DNA from: an uncultured Candidatus Saccharibacteria bacterium
GTDB lineage: Bacteria > Patescibacteriota > Saccharimonadia > Saccharimonadales > SZUA-47
Assembly: GCA_964419675.1 (NCBI GenBank)
Contig: CAYQPN010000003.1
Span: 11,985 to 75,984 of the forward strand
Direction: 5' to 3'
DNA: 64,000 nt
A program made the translations under genes and the position numbers. Of the stretch, positions 26,492-36,355 are shown piece after piece. The stretch's first letter is position 1. Each line of letters begins with the position of its first letter. The notes under the pieces are model-generated. The model was not told where the DNA came from and searched no databases. It was given only the letters and a program-made list of their open reading frames with translations.

Positions 26492-27131
26492 TTCTTTTTA
26501 ACTCTGCAATGTTGCCTACGCCAATGGCTGCAAGATAGTTTGCCTTAAGTTTGTTTAGCTGTTTTTCAGTAGCACCTAACTTAATTAGATTGCTTCTCTC
26601 TTGGGCATATTCGGCCCACCGCTCCCAGGGGAAAACAATCCACTCTTCCGTGGTCATAGCATAAAAATCAGGTGGTCGCTTTGGTTTAGCAATGTCTTGT
26701 TTGGGCTTATACGCAATATCACCTTTTAATAATAATTCTGGTTCTTCTGCTGTAATTAATAGGTCTGCTTTATCTTCTGTAACCCCTGTGTGCCTAACGT
26801 CATCTAGCCACAAAACTACTTTTCCATAAATTTTCTCCGCTTCAGGCATTTGGCCACGAACTATTTCACCGGTTTGTTTGTCTCCCTCTCTTGTATTGAG
26901 AGTAAGGCCCTGTACTTTGTTCCCACTTAATTCAAGCATCTGAGAAACACAACTAACTACTTCTAAGCCCCCCTTCGGAGATCCTACGACCGTATCTATT
27001 TCTCTACCGTTTGCTTCCTGCCAATCTAAGACTTTTCCTCCAAGATCCATCAAGTAACCGTATGTAGTAGGTACATCAAAATATAATTTCCCAGGAACTG
27101 GCGCAAACTCACAAATTTCTAAGACTGGCAT
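26475..27131 (-). CDS. Phosphoribosyltransferase-domain protein
   Basis: 218 aa. PRPP-binding motif VVLWLDDVRHTGVT. The 3' end overlaps the convergent upstream gene by 17 nt. Confidence 0.6.
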   Translation of the reverse strand: MPVLEICEFAPVPGKLYFDVPTTYGYLMDLGGKVLDWQEANGREIDTVVGSPKGGLEVVSCVSQMLELSGNKVQGLTLNTREGDKQTGEIVRGQMPEAEKIYGKVVLWLDDVRHTGVTEDKADLLITAEEPELLLKGDIAYKPKQDIAKPKRPPDFYAMTTEEWIVFPWERWAEYAQERSNLIKLGATEKQLNKLKANYLAAIGVGNIAELKRITGRK

Positions 27132-27178
27132 TACTCAATAGTAACGTAACATGTTAATGTTTTTGATTGTATTATTTG

Positions 27179-28180
27179 CTACAGAATTAACATGGCGTCG
27201 CCAAATGAGTAGAAACGATATTTTTCGTTAATGGCGTGTTTGTATATTCTTTGCATTTCTTCTTCCGAACCCACAAAAGCTTCAACCATCAAGAGCAGAG
27301 AAGTGCCAGGCAAATGAAAATTCGTAATCAGACTATCCACAATCTTAAACTCATACCCAGGCTGAATAAATATATCCGTGTTACCACTTAAACCTTCATT
27401 AATAACTTGTCCCACCGGACTAGTAATTTTTGACTCTAAGGATTCTAAAGTGCGGGTTGTGGTGGTTCCGACAGCCGTGATGTGTTTGGCACTATTTAGT
27501 TTCGCAATTGTATTTGCGGATATTTCATATGTTTCGCTATGCAGACGACCGGTTTTGAAATTCTTGTCTGTCAAACCAGCAAATGTCCCAAGCCCCACAT
27601 GCAAAGTTAGCTCTACTATTTCATGACTGCGAGATATCTTATCAAGTAAAGTATCGGTAAAATGAAGCCCAGCAGTTGGTGCAGCTTTTGACCCGAGTGG
27701 TTTAGCATAGATTGTTTGATATTCTTTTGCAAGCTTGTCGTTCTGTTTAATATACGGTGGCAGAGGTACGTGCTCACAGACTTTAAACCTAGCATCGTCA
27801 TGCTTTACGTTTAACACAATTGTTCTTATCCCGTCACTGTCTATATTCGTAGTTACGGCACTTAGCCATTTATTAATTTTGCTTTTTTGATCAAGTCTAA
27901 ATTTTTTGCCAGGTCTAACAAGGGCTCGAATAGTGTGCTGGTCTAACTTTTCTAATACAAAAATCTCCGTCCTGCCTTCGTCAAACAACCATCTACAATT
28001 TTCTACTTTAGAGTTATTTAAGACTACAGTTGAGTTCTTGGGTAAAAATTTTGGAAGTTCTGAAAAAACAGTGTCTTTAATCTTCTTAGATTCTCTTTCA
28101 TACACTAGTAACCGCGCAGAATCTCGTGGGCTCGCCGGTTCTTGAGCTATCAACTGTTTGGGCAAGCCAAAATCTATCAT
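27179..28180 (-). CDS. queA: S-adenosylmethionine:tRNA ribosyltransferase-isomerase
   Basis: 333 aa. IAQEPASPRDSARLL, PLPPYIK, APTAGLHFT, AVGTTTTRTLES and TNFHLPGTSLL motifs. Confidence 0.93.
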   Translation of the reverse strand: MIDFGLPKQLIAQEPASPRDSARLLVYERESKKIKDTVFSELPKFLPKNSTVVLNNSKVENCRWLFDEGRTEIFVLEKLDQHTIRALVRPGKKFRLDQKSKINKWLSAVTTNIDSDGIRTIVLNVKHDDARFKVCEHVPLPPYIKQNDKLAKEYQTIYAKPLGSKAAPTAGLHFTDTLLDKISRSHEIVELTLHVGLGTFAGLTDKNFKTGRLHSETYEISANTIAKLNSAKHITAVGTTTTRTLESLESKITSPVGQVINEGLSGNTDIFIQPGYEFKIVDSLITNFHLPGTSLLLMVEAFVGSEEEMQRIYKHAINEKYRFYSFGDAMLIL

Positions 28181-28254
28181 TTGTTAAAGTGTATAGTAAA
28201 TCAGATAAATCAAATATATTGACGGCTGTTTTTAAATGTGTTATACTATAACTT

Positions 28255-28563
28255 ATGGATATATTTGTCCCTCATCATACAAAAGACAAAGTATTAATTG
28301 GTGAATATCCAAATCACCAAACCGGCGAACTTCGCGGATTATTAGATTTCAGTGGAATAGAAATTGATGGAGTAAGAAAGACAAATTTTCAAATATTAGA
28401 TCTCTGGGCTAAATCTATAGGCGCAGAAATTAGTGTGGAAGATGCTGTCACGGAAGAAGCAAGGCTTGCTAACCGAACATTGGAAATATATGTTGCTGAT
28501 AACAAATGGGTAGCAGATTGCTTCCTGAGTGCAGTTATTTTAGACACTACTCCTAGAGTATAA
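28255..28563 (+). CDS. Hypothetical protein (102 aa)
   Basis: ORF only. TGTTATACT extended -10-like motif 8 nt upstream. Confidence 0.4.
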   Translation: MDIFVPHHTKDKVLIGEYPNHQTGELRGLLDFSGIEIDGVRKTNFQILDLWAKSIGAEISVEDAVTEEARLANRTLEIYVADNKWVADCFLSAVILDTTPRV

Positions 28564-28571
28564 TTAATTTC

Positions 28572-29099
28572 ATGAAAACTATTGTTCTGGGTGCAGGGTG
28601 TTTTTGGTGTACAGAAGCCGTTTATCAGAGAGTTAAAGGCGTTGATAAGGTGGTTTCCGGATATGCAGGCGGTGGTACTGAAGCAGCCCCGGATTACGAA
28701 ATGATACACTCTGGTGCGTACAATCACGCCGAAGTTATCGAGGTAAGCTACAATCCAGATGTTATATCTTTAGAAAAAATACTGGAGATATTCTTCTATA
28801 CGCATGATCCGACAACGCAGAATCAGCCTGGTACAGCGGATGATGGTAGTGAATATCGCTCTATTATACTTTGCGTCAAGGATGAATTAGAATTAGCTAA
28901 TGTAGCAAAAGATAAAGCTCAAAAGTTATGGGATCGACCAATTATTACTGAAATTACTGAGATTGACAGGTTTTATCCAGCAGAAGCTAACCACCAAAAC
29001 TTCTACAACGAGAACCCAAACGTAGGTTACTGCCAAGTTATAATTAACCCCAAAATCGCTAAGTTTGAAGCAAAGTTTTCAAAATACTTAAAGCATTAA
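28572..29099 (+). CDS. msrA: Peptide-methionine (S)-S-oxide reductase
   Basis: 175 aa. GAGCFWCTEAVY active-site motif, plus HAEVIEV and HDPTT. Confidence 0.95.
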   Translation: MKTIVLGAGCFWCTEAVYQRVKGVDKVVSGYAGGGTEAAPDYEMIHSGAYNHAEVIEVSYNPDVISLEKILEIFFYTHDPTTQNQPGTADDGSEYRSIILCVKDELELANVAKDKAQKLWDRPIITEITEIDRFYPAEANHQNFYNENPNVGYCQVIINPKIAKFEAKFSKYLKH

Positions 29100-29845
29100 T
29101 GTTTCTGTTTCAAATAATCTAAAAGTCTGGAAGCCATTGGTTCGACGGGTGTGATTTGTGCAGCATAGGAAGTTACTCCGTTTACAGTATCGTTTATCAT
29201 GTCAATTCTCAGGAGATCAATAAAGTCTTCAATAAAGTTTGCGAGCGATTGTTGCAATTTTTTATCTTTATCTATCCTATTAGAATCATCAATATAAAAT
29301 CCTCTAAAGATTGCACTTCCTTCATGATGCCAGGGTAGTCTAATTATAATCTGGTCAGTGAACTCATCTACTCCACTAAGGGATTTTTGGTGCATCATTC
29401 GTTCGAAATCTCCATAGCCGGATAGATGTAAGGCAACAAAGCCAGGCTCAAGTAGCTGATGAAGCCCGTCATTATCATCTACAAGTAGCGGGATATTATC
29501 AAAAAAACATACTGTAAGTTCGTCAATTGGTAGTTCCGGTGTTCTAACCCAATAAACATTATCTTCTATTTCTTCTTCATCTTCTTCGTTCTCTTCTACT
29601 TCTTCATTTACCATAATTCGTTCGGTGTCTGGTACAGCAACAATTTCAAGTAGTGGCGGGTCAATAGTTTCGTCCAGTAGTGTTGCTTCATAATTATCCA
29701 AACAGTACGAATGCAGCAACTCTTGTGACCGCCAACACAACTCGTCTAGTTCGCCGGCAACTTGGTTTCGCTCAACAACAAAATCTTTATCAAACTCTGG
29801 GAAAGACATAACCCATATCTTCTTACTAAAGTAACATTTTTGCAA
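29096..29845 (-). CDS. Hypothetical acidic protein (249 aa)
   Basis: ORF with a Glu-rich tract (EEVEENEEDEEEIED). No motif recognised. The start may be M13. Confidence 0.45.
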   Translation of the reverse strand: MQKCYFSKKIWVMSFPEFDKDFVVERNQVAGELDELCWRSQELLHSYCLDNYEATLLDETIDPPLLEIVAVPDTERIMVNEEVEENEEDEEEIEDNVYWVRTPELPIDELTVCFFDNIPLLVDDNDGLHQLLEPGFVALHLSGYGDFERMMHQKSLSGVDEFTDQIIIRLPWHHEGSAIFRGFYIDDSNRIDKDKKLQQSLANFIEDFIDLLRIDMINDTVNGVTSYAAQITPVEPMASRLLDYLKQKH

Positions 29846-29872
29846 GCATAACTAACATCTTAGACTATAATA

Positions 29873-32800
29873 ATGAATATGAAGGTCATGTTAAACAACG
29901 AGCAGCAAAAAGCTGTAGATCATATCTATGGTCCTCTTTTAGTGCTGGCGGGGCCAGGAACAGGCAAGACTCAGCTACTTTCTGCCCGCATTGCCAACAT
30001 TCTGCAGAAAACCGATGCCAATCCGCAGAATATTTTGTGTCTGACATTCACTGAAAATGCAGCTCAAAATATGCGCGAACGGCTTACTAGTATGATTGGC
30101 GACGGAGCATACGACGTACATATCAACACCTATCACGGCTTTGGAAGTGACATTATTCGGCAGTATCCAGAATTTTTTGAAAACATAAACCTAGAAACAG
30201 GCGAAGATTCACGACTAGAGCGACCTATTGATGCTTTAAGGCAAATTCAGATAGTAGAAGAGATTATAGGCAAACTTCCATATTCTAGCCCTCTTATAGG
30301 CGCTAGACACTACATTAAAAACGTATCTAGCACTATTAGTGAGTTAAAACGTGGGTTAGTTACACCATCGTCACTGCGAAAATTAGCTAAGAGTAACCTG
30401 GCCCAAGTACAAAAATTATCTCCTAAGATTGCTGAACACTTGGCTGAGTTGGTCCGCTTTCCTTCAAGTGCAGAAAAATCAATTGAGCTTTTTGGTGGAA
30501 TTTCCGGCATACTAGAAAACCAAGACGGGTTAGCCGAAATTGCACATGAAGAGTTGCAAACTGCTATGGCTGAGGCTAGCGACATGGGCAAATCAACGCC
30601 ACTTACTTCCTGGAAAAACAAGTGGCTCAGCAAAGATAGTGATAATCAATTTAGATTTACGAACGAAGAGCAGCATTTTCGAATGAGTGAGCTTGCTGAT
30701 GTTTACGAAAATTATCAAAAAGAACTGGCGAGTAATCAATTATACGATTTTGACGACATGATTTTGCGAGTTATTGACGCACTCGAAAATCAAGATGAAC
30801 TACGCTTTAACTTGCAGGAAAAATACCAGTTTATTCTGCTTGATGAATTTCAGGACACTAACGCAGCCCAGTTTGAGCTAGTTAAACAACTAGCCGACAA
30901 CCCCGTACATGAAGGTCAACCTAATGTTTTTGCCGTTGGCGATGACGACCAAGCAATTTATGCATTTCAAGGAGCTCGCGTTAGTAATATGCTTTCCTTT
31001 AAAAACGCATACCGTGAAGTTAGGGTAATCAACCTGACAGAAAACTACCGCTCTCATCCAGACATTATTCACACAGCTCACAACATAGCAAAACAAATTG
31101 AATCTCGATTGCATTTGCAGATTGAAGGAATTGAAAAAACGCTGAGCGCTAGTGCAACTAACTTACCTAAGAATTCAATTCTCGAGCGGCATGAGTTTGA
31201 CGGTGAGGCCAATGAATACTCATGGGTGGCCAGCCGAATTAAAAAGTTAATAGTCGGTGGCGTGCATCCAAGTGAAATTGCCATTCTTGCCCCCAAACAT
31301 AAATACCTTGAGTCTGTTGTGCCCTTTTTGGTTAAGAATGACGTGCCAGTTACATACGAAAAACGCGAGAATATTTTGCGTACACCAATGCTCCAAGCCT
31401 TCCGATTAATGAGTAGGCTAATTTTGGCTTGCAACAGAGAAGATAAGTACCAAATGAACGAATTATTCCCACAGGTGTTAAGTCTAGAATTTTTTAGCAT
31501 TCCAGTTAAAGAAATTTGGGCGATAAATTGGAAAAATAGAAGTGCTGATTCTAAAGGGAAAAGTTGGGCAGAGTTAGCTCTGCAAAACCCATTACTTGAA
31601 CCACACATTTTATTTTTCTTAGGTCTAGGCCTAAGAGCAGAAAACGAACCTCTTGAATATATGCTGGATTATCTTACCGGCAGTACTTCACTAAAATTGG
31701 ACAAAGACACTAGATACAGCTCACCGCTAAAAACTTACTATTTTGCTGACAGCACCAAAAACACTCTGCAGTATTTTGAGCTGTTGACCAATCTCAGTGC
31801 TATTCGAGAACATTTACGTGCTCACCAAGCTCAAGAAGAATATTTACTAAACTTGCAAAACTTTATTGATTTTATACAGGCTTATGAAACGGCCGAACAG
31901 CCATTAATCAATACACACCCAATTGCTCAGAGTGCTGAATCAGTACAAGTTATGACAGTTTACAAAGCCAAGGGACTAGAGTTTGAGCACGTATTTCTGC
32001 TGTCTGTTCAGGACGATGTATGGGGCAAAAAAGCCCGGAGTAACACCTCTAAGCTAGACCTGCCAGCAAATCTGCAGCATATTCGCTATCAGGGCAGTAG
32101 TGAAGATGAACTTAGAAGGTTATTATTTGTGGCCATTACTCGTGCAAAGCATGGTTTGTATATTACAAGTCATGCCAGCAAAGATAACGGTAAATCAACA
32201 GAACCCGTAAAGTACTTGCTGGAATATAAAGACGGGGACACAAGGAAAAGCACCGTTTTGCCTGAAACAAACCAGACAGTACACGAAACGCACTTCAGCC
32301 CAACAGAGACAATGCAGGCGATTGATACTATGTGGCATAGTCGACATTTGGAAATAACGACCGATTTGAAGAGCTTGTTGCAAGAACGGCTGACAAAATA
32401 TGTGATGAGCCCAACGCACCTAAATACTTTTATAGATACAGAGCACGGCGGACCAGAGGTATTCTTGCTTCAAACACTATTACGATTTCCGCAAGCGCCA
32501 AGTGAGAATGGAGAATTTGGCACCGCTATACACAACACTCTAGACTGGTATCAGAAACACGCAATAGTTAGCAAATCTCCCACCATTACTTCCGTACTCA
32601 AGACCTACGACGAGCAGCTAAAAAGACGCTACATCCCTAAAGAACATAAGGATGATTATCGTAATCGAGGACACAACTCGCTCAAGAGTTATTTGTCAGC
32701 GACAGATAGTATGTGGCTCAAAACCGCTAAGAGCGAGGTTGATTTCAGAAACGAAGGTGTAATACTCGGAGAGGCACGGTTAACGGGTAAGATTGACCGC

Positions 32801-33112
32801 CTAGAGATTGACGAAAAAAATAAAACTGTTGATATAGTTGATTTCAAAACAGGCAAACCGCTAACAAAATGGGATACTTCAATTAAGGCTCTAAAATACA
32901 AACAACAACTATATTTTTACAAACTGCTAATCGAAGACTCACACACTTGGAGCGGATACAAAGTAAATTCAGCTCGTCTAGAATTCGTAGAGCCCGATTT
33001 AAGAGGAAAAGCCATTCCTCCATTATTCATAGACTTTAATGTTAAAGAGGAAGATGAAATTAAGTTGCTAATTACTAGTACATGGACCAAAATTCAAGAT
33101 TTAGATCTTTAA
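29873..33112 (+). CDS. UvrD/PcrA-type superfamily 1 helicase fused to a C-terminal PD-(D/E)xK (RecB-like) nuclease
   Basis: 1079 aa. GPGTGKT, LLDEFQDTN, TENYRS, VYKAKGLEFEHVFL and FVAITRAK motifs, with a C-terminal GKIDRLEID..VDIVDFKTGK nuclease motif. Confidence 0.85.
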   Translation: MNMKVMLNNEQQKAVDHIYGPLLVLAGPGTGKTQLLSARIANILQKTDANPQNILCLTFTENAAQNMRERLTSMIGDGAYDVHINTYHGFGSDIIRQYPEFFENINLETGEDSRLERPIDALRQIQIVEEIIGKLPYSSPLIGARHYIKNVSSTISELKRGLVTPSSLRKLAKSNLAQVQKLSPKIAEHLAELVRFPSSAEKSIELFGGISGILENQDGLAEIAHEELQTAMAEASDMGKSTPLTSWKNKWLSKDSDNQFRFTNEEQHFRMSELADVYENYQKELASNQLYDFDDMILRVIDALENQDELRFNLQEKYQFILLDEFQDTNAAQFELVKQLADNPVHEGQPNVFAVGDDDQAIYAFQGARVSNMLSFKNAYREVRVINLTENYRSHPDIIHTAHNIAKQIESRLHLQIEGIEKTLSASATNLPKNSILERHEFDGEANEYSWVASRIKKLIVGGVHPSEIAILAPKHKYLESVVPFLVKNDVPVTYEKRENILRTPMLQAFRLMSRLILACNREDKYQMNELFPQVLSLEFFSIPVKEIWAINWKNRSADSKGKSWAELALQNPLLEPHILFFLGLGLRAENEPLEYMLDYLTGSTSLKLDKDTRYSSPLKTYYFADSTKNTLQYFELLTNLSAIREHLRAHQAQEEYLLNLQNFIDFIQAYETAEQPLINTHPIAQSAESVQVMTVYKAKGLEFEHVFLLSVQDDVWGKKARSNTSKLDLPANLQHIRYQGSSEDELRRLLFVAITRAKHGLYITSHASKDNGKSTEPVKYLLEYKDGDTRKSTVLPETNQTVHETHFSPTETMQAIDTMWHSRHLEITTDLKSLLQERLTKYVMSPTHLNTFIDTEHGGPEVFLLQTLLRFPQAPSENGEFGTAIHNTLDWYQKHAIVSKSPTITSVLKTYDEQLKRRYIPKEHKDDYRNRGHNSLKSYLSATDSMWLKTAKSEVDFRNEGVILGEARLTGKIDRLEIDEKNKTVDIVDFKTGKPLTKWDTSIKALKYKQQLYFYKLLIEDSHTWSGYKVNSARLEFVEPDLRGKAIPPLFIDFNVKEEDEIKLLITSTWTKIQDLDL

Positions 33113-33178
33113 ATGCTATCCCGCAATCAGAAATAAACAGAGACAATGGTTAAAAATTATAGTATTTTACGAATCGAC

Positions 33179-33206
33179 TTGACATATGTGCTAGATGTCC
33201 TATAAT
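33179..33206 (+). promoter_or_regulatory. Near-consensus sigma70-type promoter
   Basis: TTGACA (33179-33184), 16-nt spacer, TATAAT (33201-33206). Confidence 0.6.
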
Positions 33207-33212
33207 ATACTT

Positions 33213-33401
33213 ATGGGTCCGTGAAACGGGCCTGCTCGCAAGTAAGCATACAGTGACTTTGGTGAGCACCGAAACAGCATTGCCCAAGACGAAGAGCGGT
33301 TTCTAGAACAGAATTTTCTAGGCGCCTCCGCGTTAGGCCTAAGCAATCGCAAACTAAGGCGATAGTTTAACAAACCTAACAATATAAGGAGGTGTTTTTT
33401 T
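33213..33401 (+). promoter_or_regulatory. Long (~190 nt) structured 5' leader or candidate cis-regulatory RNA
   Basis: Lies between the promoter and the AAGGAGG Shine-Dalgarno (33386-33392). Several hairpins (GGUCCG-UGAAA-CGGGCC, UUUGGUG/CACCGAA, CUAGAA/UUCUAG, AUCGC/GCGAU). No ORF in sense. Confidence 0.35.
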
Positions 33402-33749
33402 ATGGCAAGAAATAATTTTAACCCAATATACCCTATAGCAGGAGGTCTGGTTGGTGCTTTGGCTGGTAACTTAATCGGCACTATTAGTGATCTTAACGAC
33501 GAAAAAAGACTTGGCGACAAAAGAGTAGCCCTAGTACAAAAATATAACAGAGAACTATTTGGTCAGTTGTCAGATAGTTATGAAGTTGATGATCTTTCGT
33601 TAAACGATGAGAGTAAATCATATGTGTTTACGTCGTCACCTGAAGGCCTGGAGCCAATGACATGTCGTGGTGAATATACCGTAGAAGACGATATTGCGCA
33701 CGCAGTTGGAACAATTGCCTGTACAACAGAACAAACGATTGAAAAATAA
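33402..33749 (+). CDS. Small protein with an N-terminal glycine-zipper TM segment (115 aa)
   Basis: IAGGLVGALAGNLIGTI glycine zipper. Strong Shine-Dalgarno. Confidence 0.55.
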   Translation: MARNNFNPIYPIAGGLVGALAGNLIGTISDLNDEKRLGDKRVALVQKYNRELFGQLSDSYEVDDLSLNDESKSYVFTSSPEGLEPMTCRGEYTVEDDIAHAVGTIACTTEQTIEK

Positions 33750-33769
33750 GTAAATAATAGGAGAAAATC

Positions 33770-34072
33770 ATGGAAAAACTAAATCTAAAAAAAATAATAG
33801 GGTTGAGCGCTATAGGCGCAGGAGTTCTTGCGATGAGCGGATGTGCTGGTACCTACACGGAACCAACAAATGAGCAGCTCCAAAAAGACGGCCAGTTCTT
33901 TGAACTTGAACGTCCCGATGGAAGCAAGATGGATTGTTGGTCATATTCAGCAAGTGGTTCTTCAGGTTACGCTGGCTACTCTTGGCTAACCGTAACCTGC
34001 GATTGGGACGGTCAGCAAATCAACGAACCAATCACAACCCAAACAACACTGCCTAGTGGTGAAGGTCTTTAA
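33770..34072 (+). CDS. Small lipoprotein (100 aa)
   Basis: Signal peptide with lipobox LAMSGC. AGGAG Shine-Dalgarno upstream. Confidence 0.6.
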   Translation: MEKLNLKKIIGLSAIGAGVLAMSGCAGTYTEPTNEQLQKDGQFFELERPDGSKMDCWSYSASGSSGYAGYSWLTVTCDWDGQQINEPITTQTTLPSGEGL

Positions 34073-34082
34073 TACTAGGACT

Positions 34083-34120
34083 TAGAGCGGTTCAAAAATG
34101 AATCGCTCTATTTTTGTTTT
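34083..34120 (+). terminator. Rho-independent terminator
   Basis: TAGAGCG-N14-CGCTCTA followed by TTTTTGTTTT. Confidence 0.65.
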
Positions 34121-34195
34121 AACAATTCTTTATTCAAGGTACTAGCATAAGCACGGCTTTTTTAGGTATAATAGTATCAATTCCTTGGAGGGAAA

Positions 34196-35629
34196 ATGTC
34201 TGATATTGATGACACAAAAGCGAGTGGAGACAGCGTATCCGTGTTGAGCGATGTTAAAAAGCGTTTTTCTGGTATTAAAAAACCGAAATTTAGCTTTAAA
34301 AAACTAAAAAAACTTAATAAGAACTTTTACTTGGCAGGTGGACTAGCAGTGCTACTAATCATCATTGGTATCACAGCGCTACTAATCACCAAGGACAAGA
34401 AAGTTGATACACCTGAGGAAGTAGTTAATACAGCAATTACTGACCCTGCAACGGAACAAACTGCTAAGATCACGCTTAAAGAGGGGACTCTTGAGATTAA
34501 AAAAGACGGCGAATGGGTTAACGCAACTTTTGAGGACGTAGTTGGTTCTTCAACTGCGTTAAAAACCGTAGGCGCTGCGTCTAGAGCCGAAATTACGATT
34601 GAAGACGGAAGTGTAGTGCGCCTTGACGCTAATACCGAAATCGAATTTGAATATTTGACCTTAAACAGAATTTTTATTAGACAATTAACAGGCTACGTCT
34701 ATAACCGCGTAACTTCATCTGCAACTCGAACCTACATTGTGAGCACAGAAGATGCACAATTTGAGGCTGCGGGGACTGCCTTTAGAACGATTAATAGTGG
34801 GGACGAGCAAGCGGTTGAGATATATCAAAGCTCAGTTCATGAAACAAGCACTAATAAAAAGCCCGTGGAAGGTGAAAAGTTAATTGTCGTTAGCAAAAGT
34901 AGCCCTGCAAAAAATAAGACAATAGAAAAACTTGATATAGAGATACTAAAGGCAGACACATTTTTAATGTGGAATCGTCAGCTTGATGAGAGTAATAATG
35001 TTTTTAAGAACAGCCTAGGATTTTTGAAAGATATTGATGGACCAGAAATTAACATTACAGATCCTCTTGAAAACTCAACTGTATTCGTTGAACCTACGGA
35101 TACCGAAGGGGTTGTCGAGATAAAAGGTACAACAGAGAAGGGCACAACGCTAACTGTTCAGTCTAAATCGGTAGCCGGTTCTCAAGCCCTGCCTGTCACC
35201 GTTGGTGACGATGGAACATTTTCTACTCCGGTTCTTACTGCACCTCTAGGTAGCTCCGTATTTGAATTTATTGGTAAAGACCGGATAGGGAACAAGACAA
35301 CCAAAAATATCCGCATTAGTTTTCAGCGTAAAAGCCAGCCAGTCGAATCTCCAAAGATTAGTTTATCTGTAACAATTACCGGCACAAAAGCTGACCTAAG
35401 TTGGGGCTACTCTGGGGGACTTTCAGCTCCAGACGGCGTAAAAATAATGTACAAAAACGACGACAACCCCTCATTCCCTGGAGATGTAAATGGATTTGAG
35501 CCGTCTGACTCAGAGCATACGATTAACGGCCTAACAGTCGGAAAAGAATACCACTTTCAAGTTTGCGTATATGACGCCACTGAAGATGACTGTACCGTCT
35601 ATAGCAACGTAGTTATAAAATCAACATAA
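34196..35629 (+). CDS. Membrane-anchored FecR-domain protein with Ig/FN3-like C-terminal repeats
   Basis: 477 aa. Single TM segment near residue 50, a FecR-like segment (EDGSVVRLDANTEIEF), and a beta-rich C-terminus. Confidence 0.5.
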   Translation: MSDIDDTKASGDSVSVLSDVKKRFSGIKKPKFSFKKLKKLNKNFYLAGGLAVLLIIIGITALLITKDKKVDTPEEVVNTAITDPATEQTAKITLKEGTLEIKKDGEWVNATFEDVVGSSTALKTVGAASRAEITIEDGSVVRLDANTEIEFEYLTLNRIFIRQLTGYVYNRVTSSATRTYIVSTEDAQFEAAGTAFRTINSGDEQAVEIYQSSVHETSTNKKPVEGEKLIVVSKSSPAKNKTIEKLDIEILKADTFLMWNRQLDESNNVFKNSLGFLKDIDGPEINITDPLENSTVFVEPTDTEGVVEIKGTTEKGTTLTVQSKSVAGSQALPVTVGDDGTFSTPVLTAPLGSSVFEFIGKDRIGNKTTKNIRISFQRKSQPVESPKISLSVTITGTKADLSWGYSGGLSAPDGVKIMYKNDDNPSFPGDVNGFEPSDSEHTINGLTVGKEYHFQVCVYDATEDDCTVYSNVVIKST

Positions 35630-35633
35630 GAAA

Positions 35634-35665
35634 AAGAGGCCCCGATTTAAGGCCTCTTACTTTTT
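35634..35665 (+). terminator. Rho-independent terminator
   Basis: AAGAGGCC-N9-GGCCTCTT followed by ACTTTTT. Confidence 0.7.
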
Positions 35666-35700
35666 ACACATATAATACGCTATAGCGTATTATATGTGTA
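35665..35700. repeat. 36-bp perfect palindrome
   Basis: TACACATATAATACGCTA|TAGCGTATTATATGTGTA with no mismatch, between convergent genes. Confidence 0.9.
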
Positions 35701-35710
35701 CTAGGTCAAT

Positions 35711-36355
35711 TTATTTTTTTCTTTTTGAGCTACTTGCTGGTGCCAAGAACATGCTATAAACGTTCATACCCAGAACTGCCCCTAGTAGGGGTGCAAGTAC
35801 GGTTGTTCTATCCCAGGCGTTGTTAGCAAGGGCGACTGCTGGATTTACAAATCCCGGTGCTGCAAGTGCTGCTACTAAAATACCCAGCATTAATGAAGCT
35901 CCAACCGTAAATGCCAGTTGAAAACCTTCAAATTTTTGCATAACCGCGGCGGCGACTCCAAATCCAAACACTGCGGCACCGACCATTTCGGCTACAAATA
36001 CTCTAGAATCAAAAGTACTCATACCAACTGATGCAATATCTGCATTCCTAACATACTGTACAAAGGCAAGCGCCGCTGCGCCACCAAGTAGCTGTGAGGC
36101 TACCATGACAATTGCTTGCGGGCTTGGCACTTTTTTTAGAGTCCAAAGACCCAAAGTTATTGCTGGGTTAACGTGTGCTCCAGACACCCGCCCAATCACT
36201 CCTACTAGTGTAGCCATTGCCACACCCACGGCGACTGCGGTATACCACGGTGCCGTAAAATTAAAATAGCCAGCGCTGGCGATGGCTACCGTTGCAAGCA
36301 CAGCTGTGCCGAAAAATTCGGCTACAATCAGGCCAACTTTATTTTTATCTAACAT
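35711..36355 (-). CDS. MIP-family channel (aquaporin/glycerol facilitator)
   Basis: 214 aa with two NPA boxes (HVNPAITLG, VNPAVALA). Confidence 0.92.
   Translation of the reverse strand: MLDKNKVGLIVAEFFGTAVLATVAIASAGYFNFTAPWYTAVAVGVAMATLVGVIGRVSGAHVNPAITLGLWTLKKVPSPQAIVMVASQLLGGAAALAFVQYVRNADIASVGMSTFDSRVFVAEMVGAAVFGFGVAAAVMQKFEGFQLAFTVGASLMLGILVAALAAPGFVNPAVALANNAWDRTTVLAPLLGAVLGMNVYSMFLAPASSSKRKK

Noticed and set aside
33200-33520. 106-aa minus-strand ORF across the 33.2-33.4 kb leader.
   Set aside because: It is antisense to a promoter-leader-SD-ATG arrangement and overlaps the start of the 33402 gene. It has no Shine-Dalgarno or promoter of its own.
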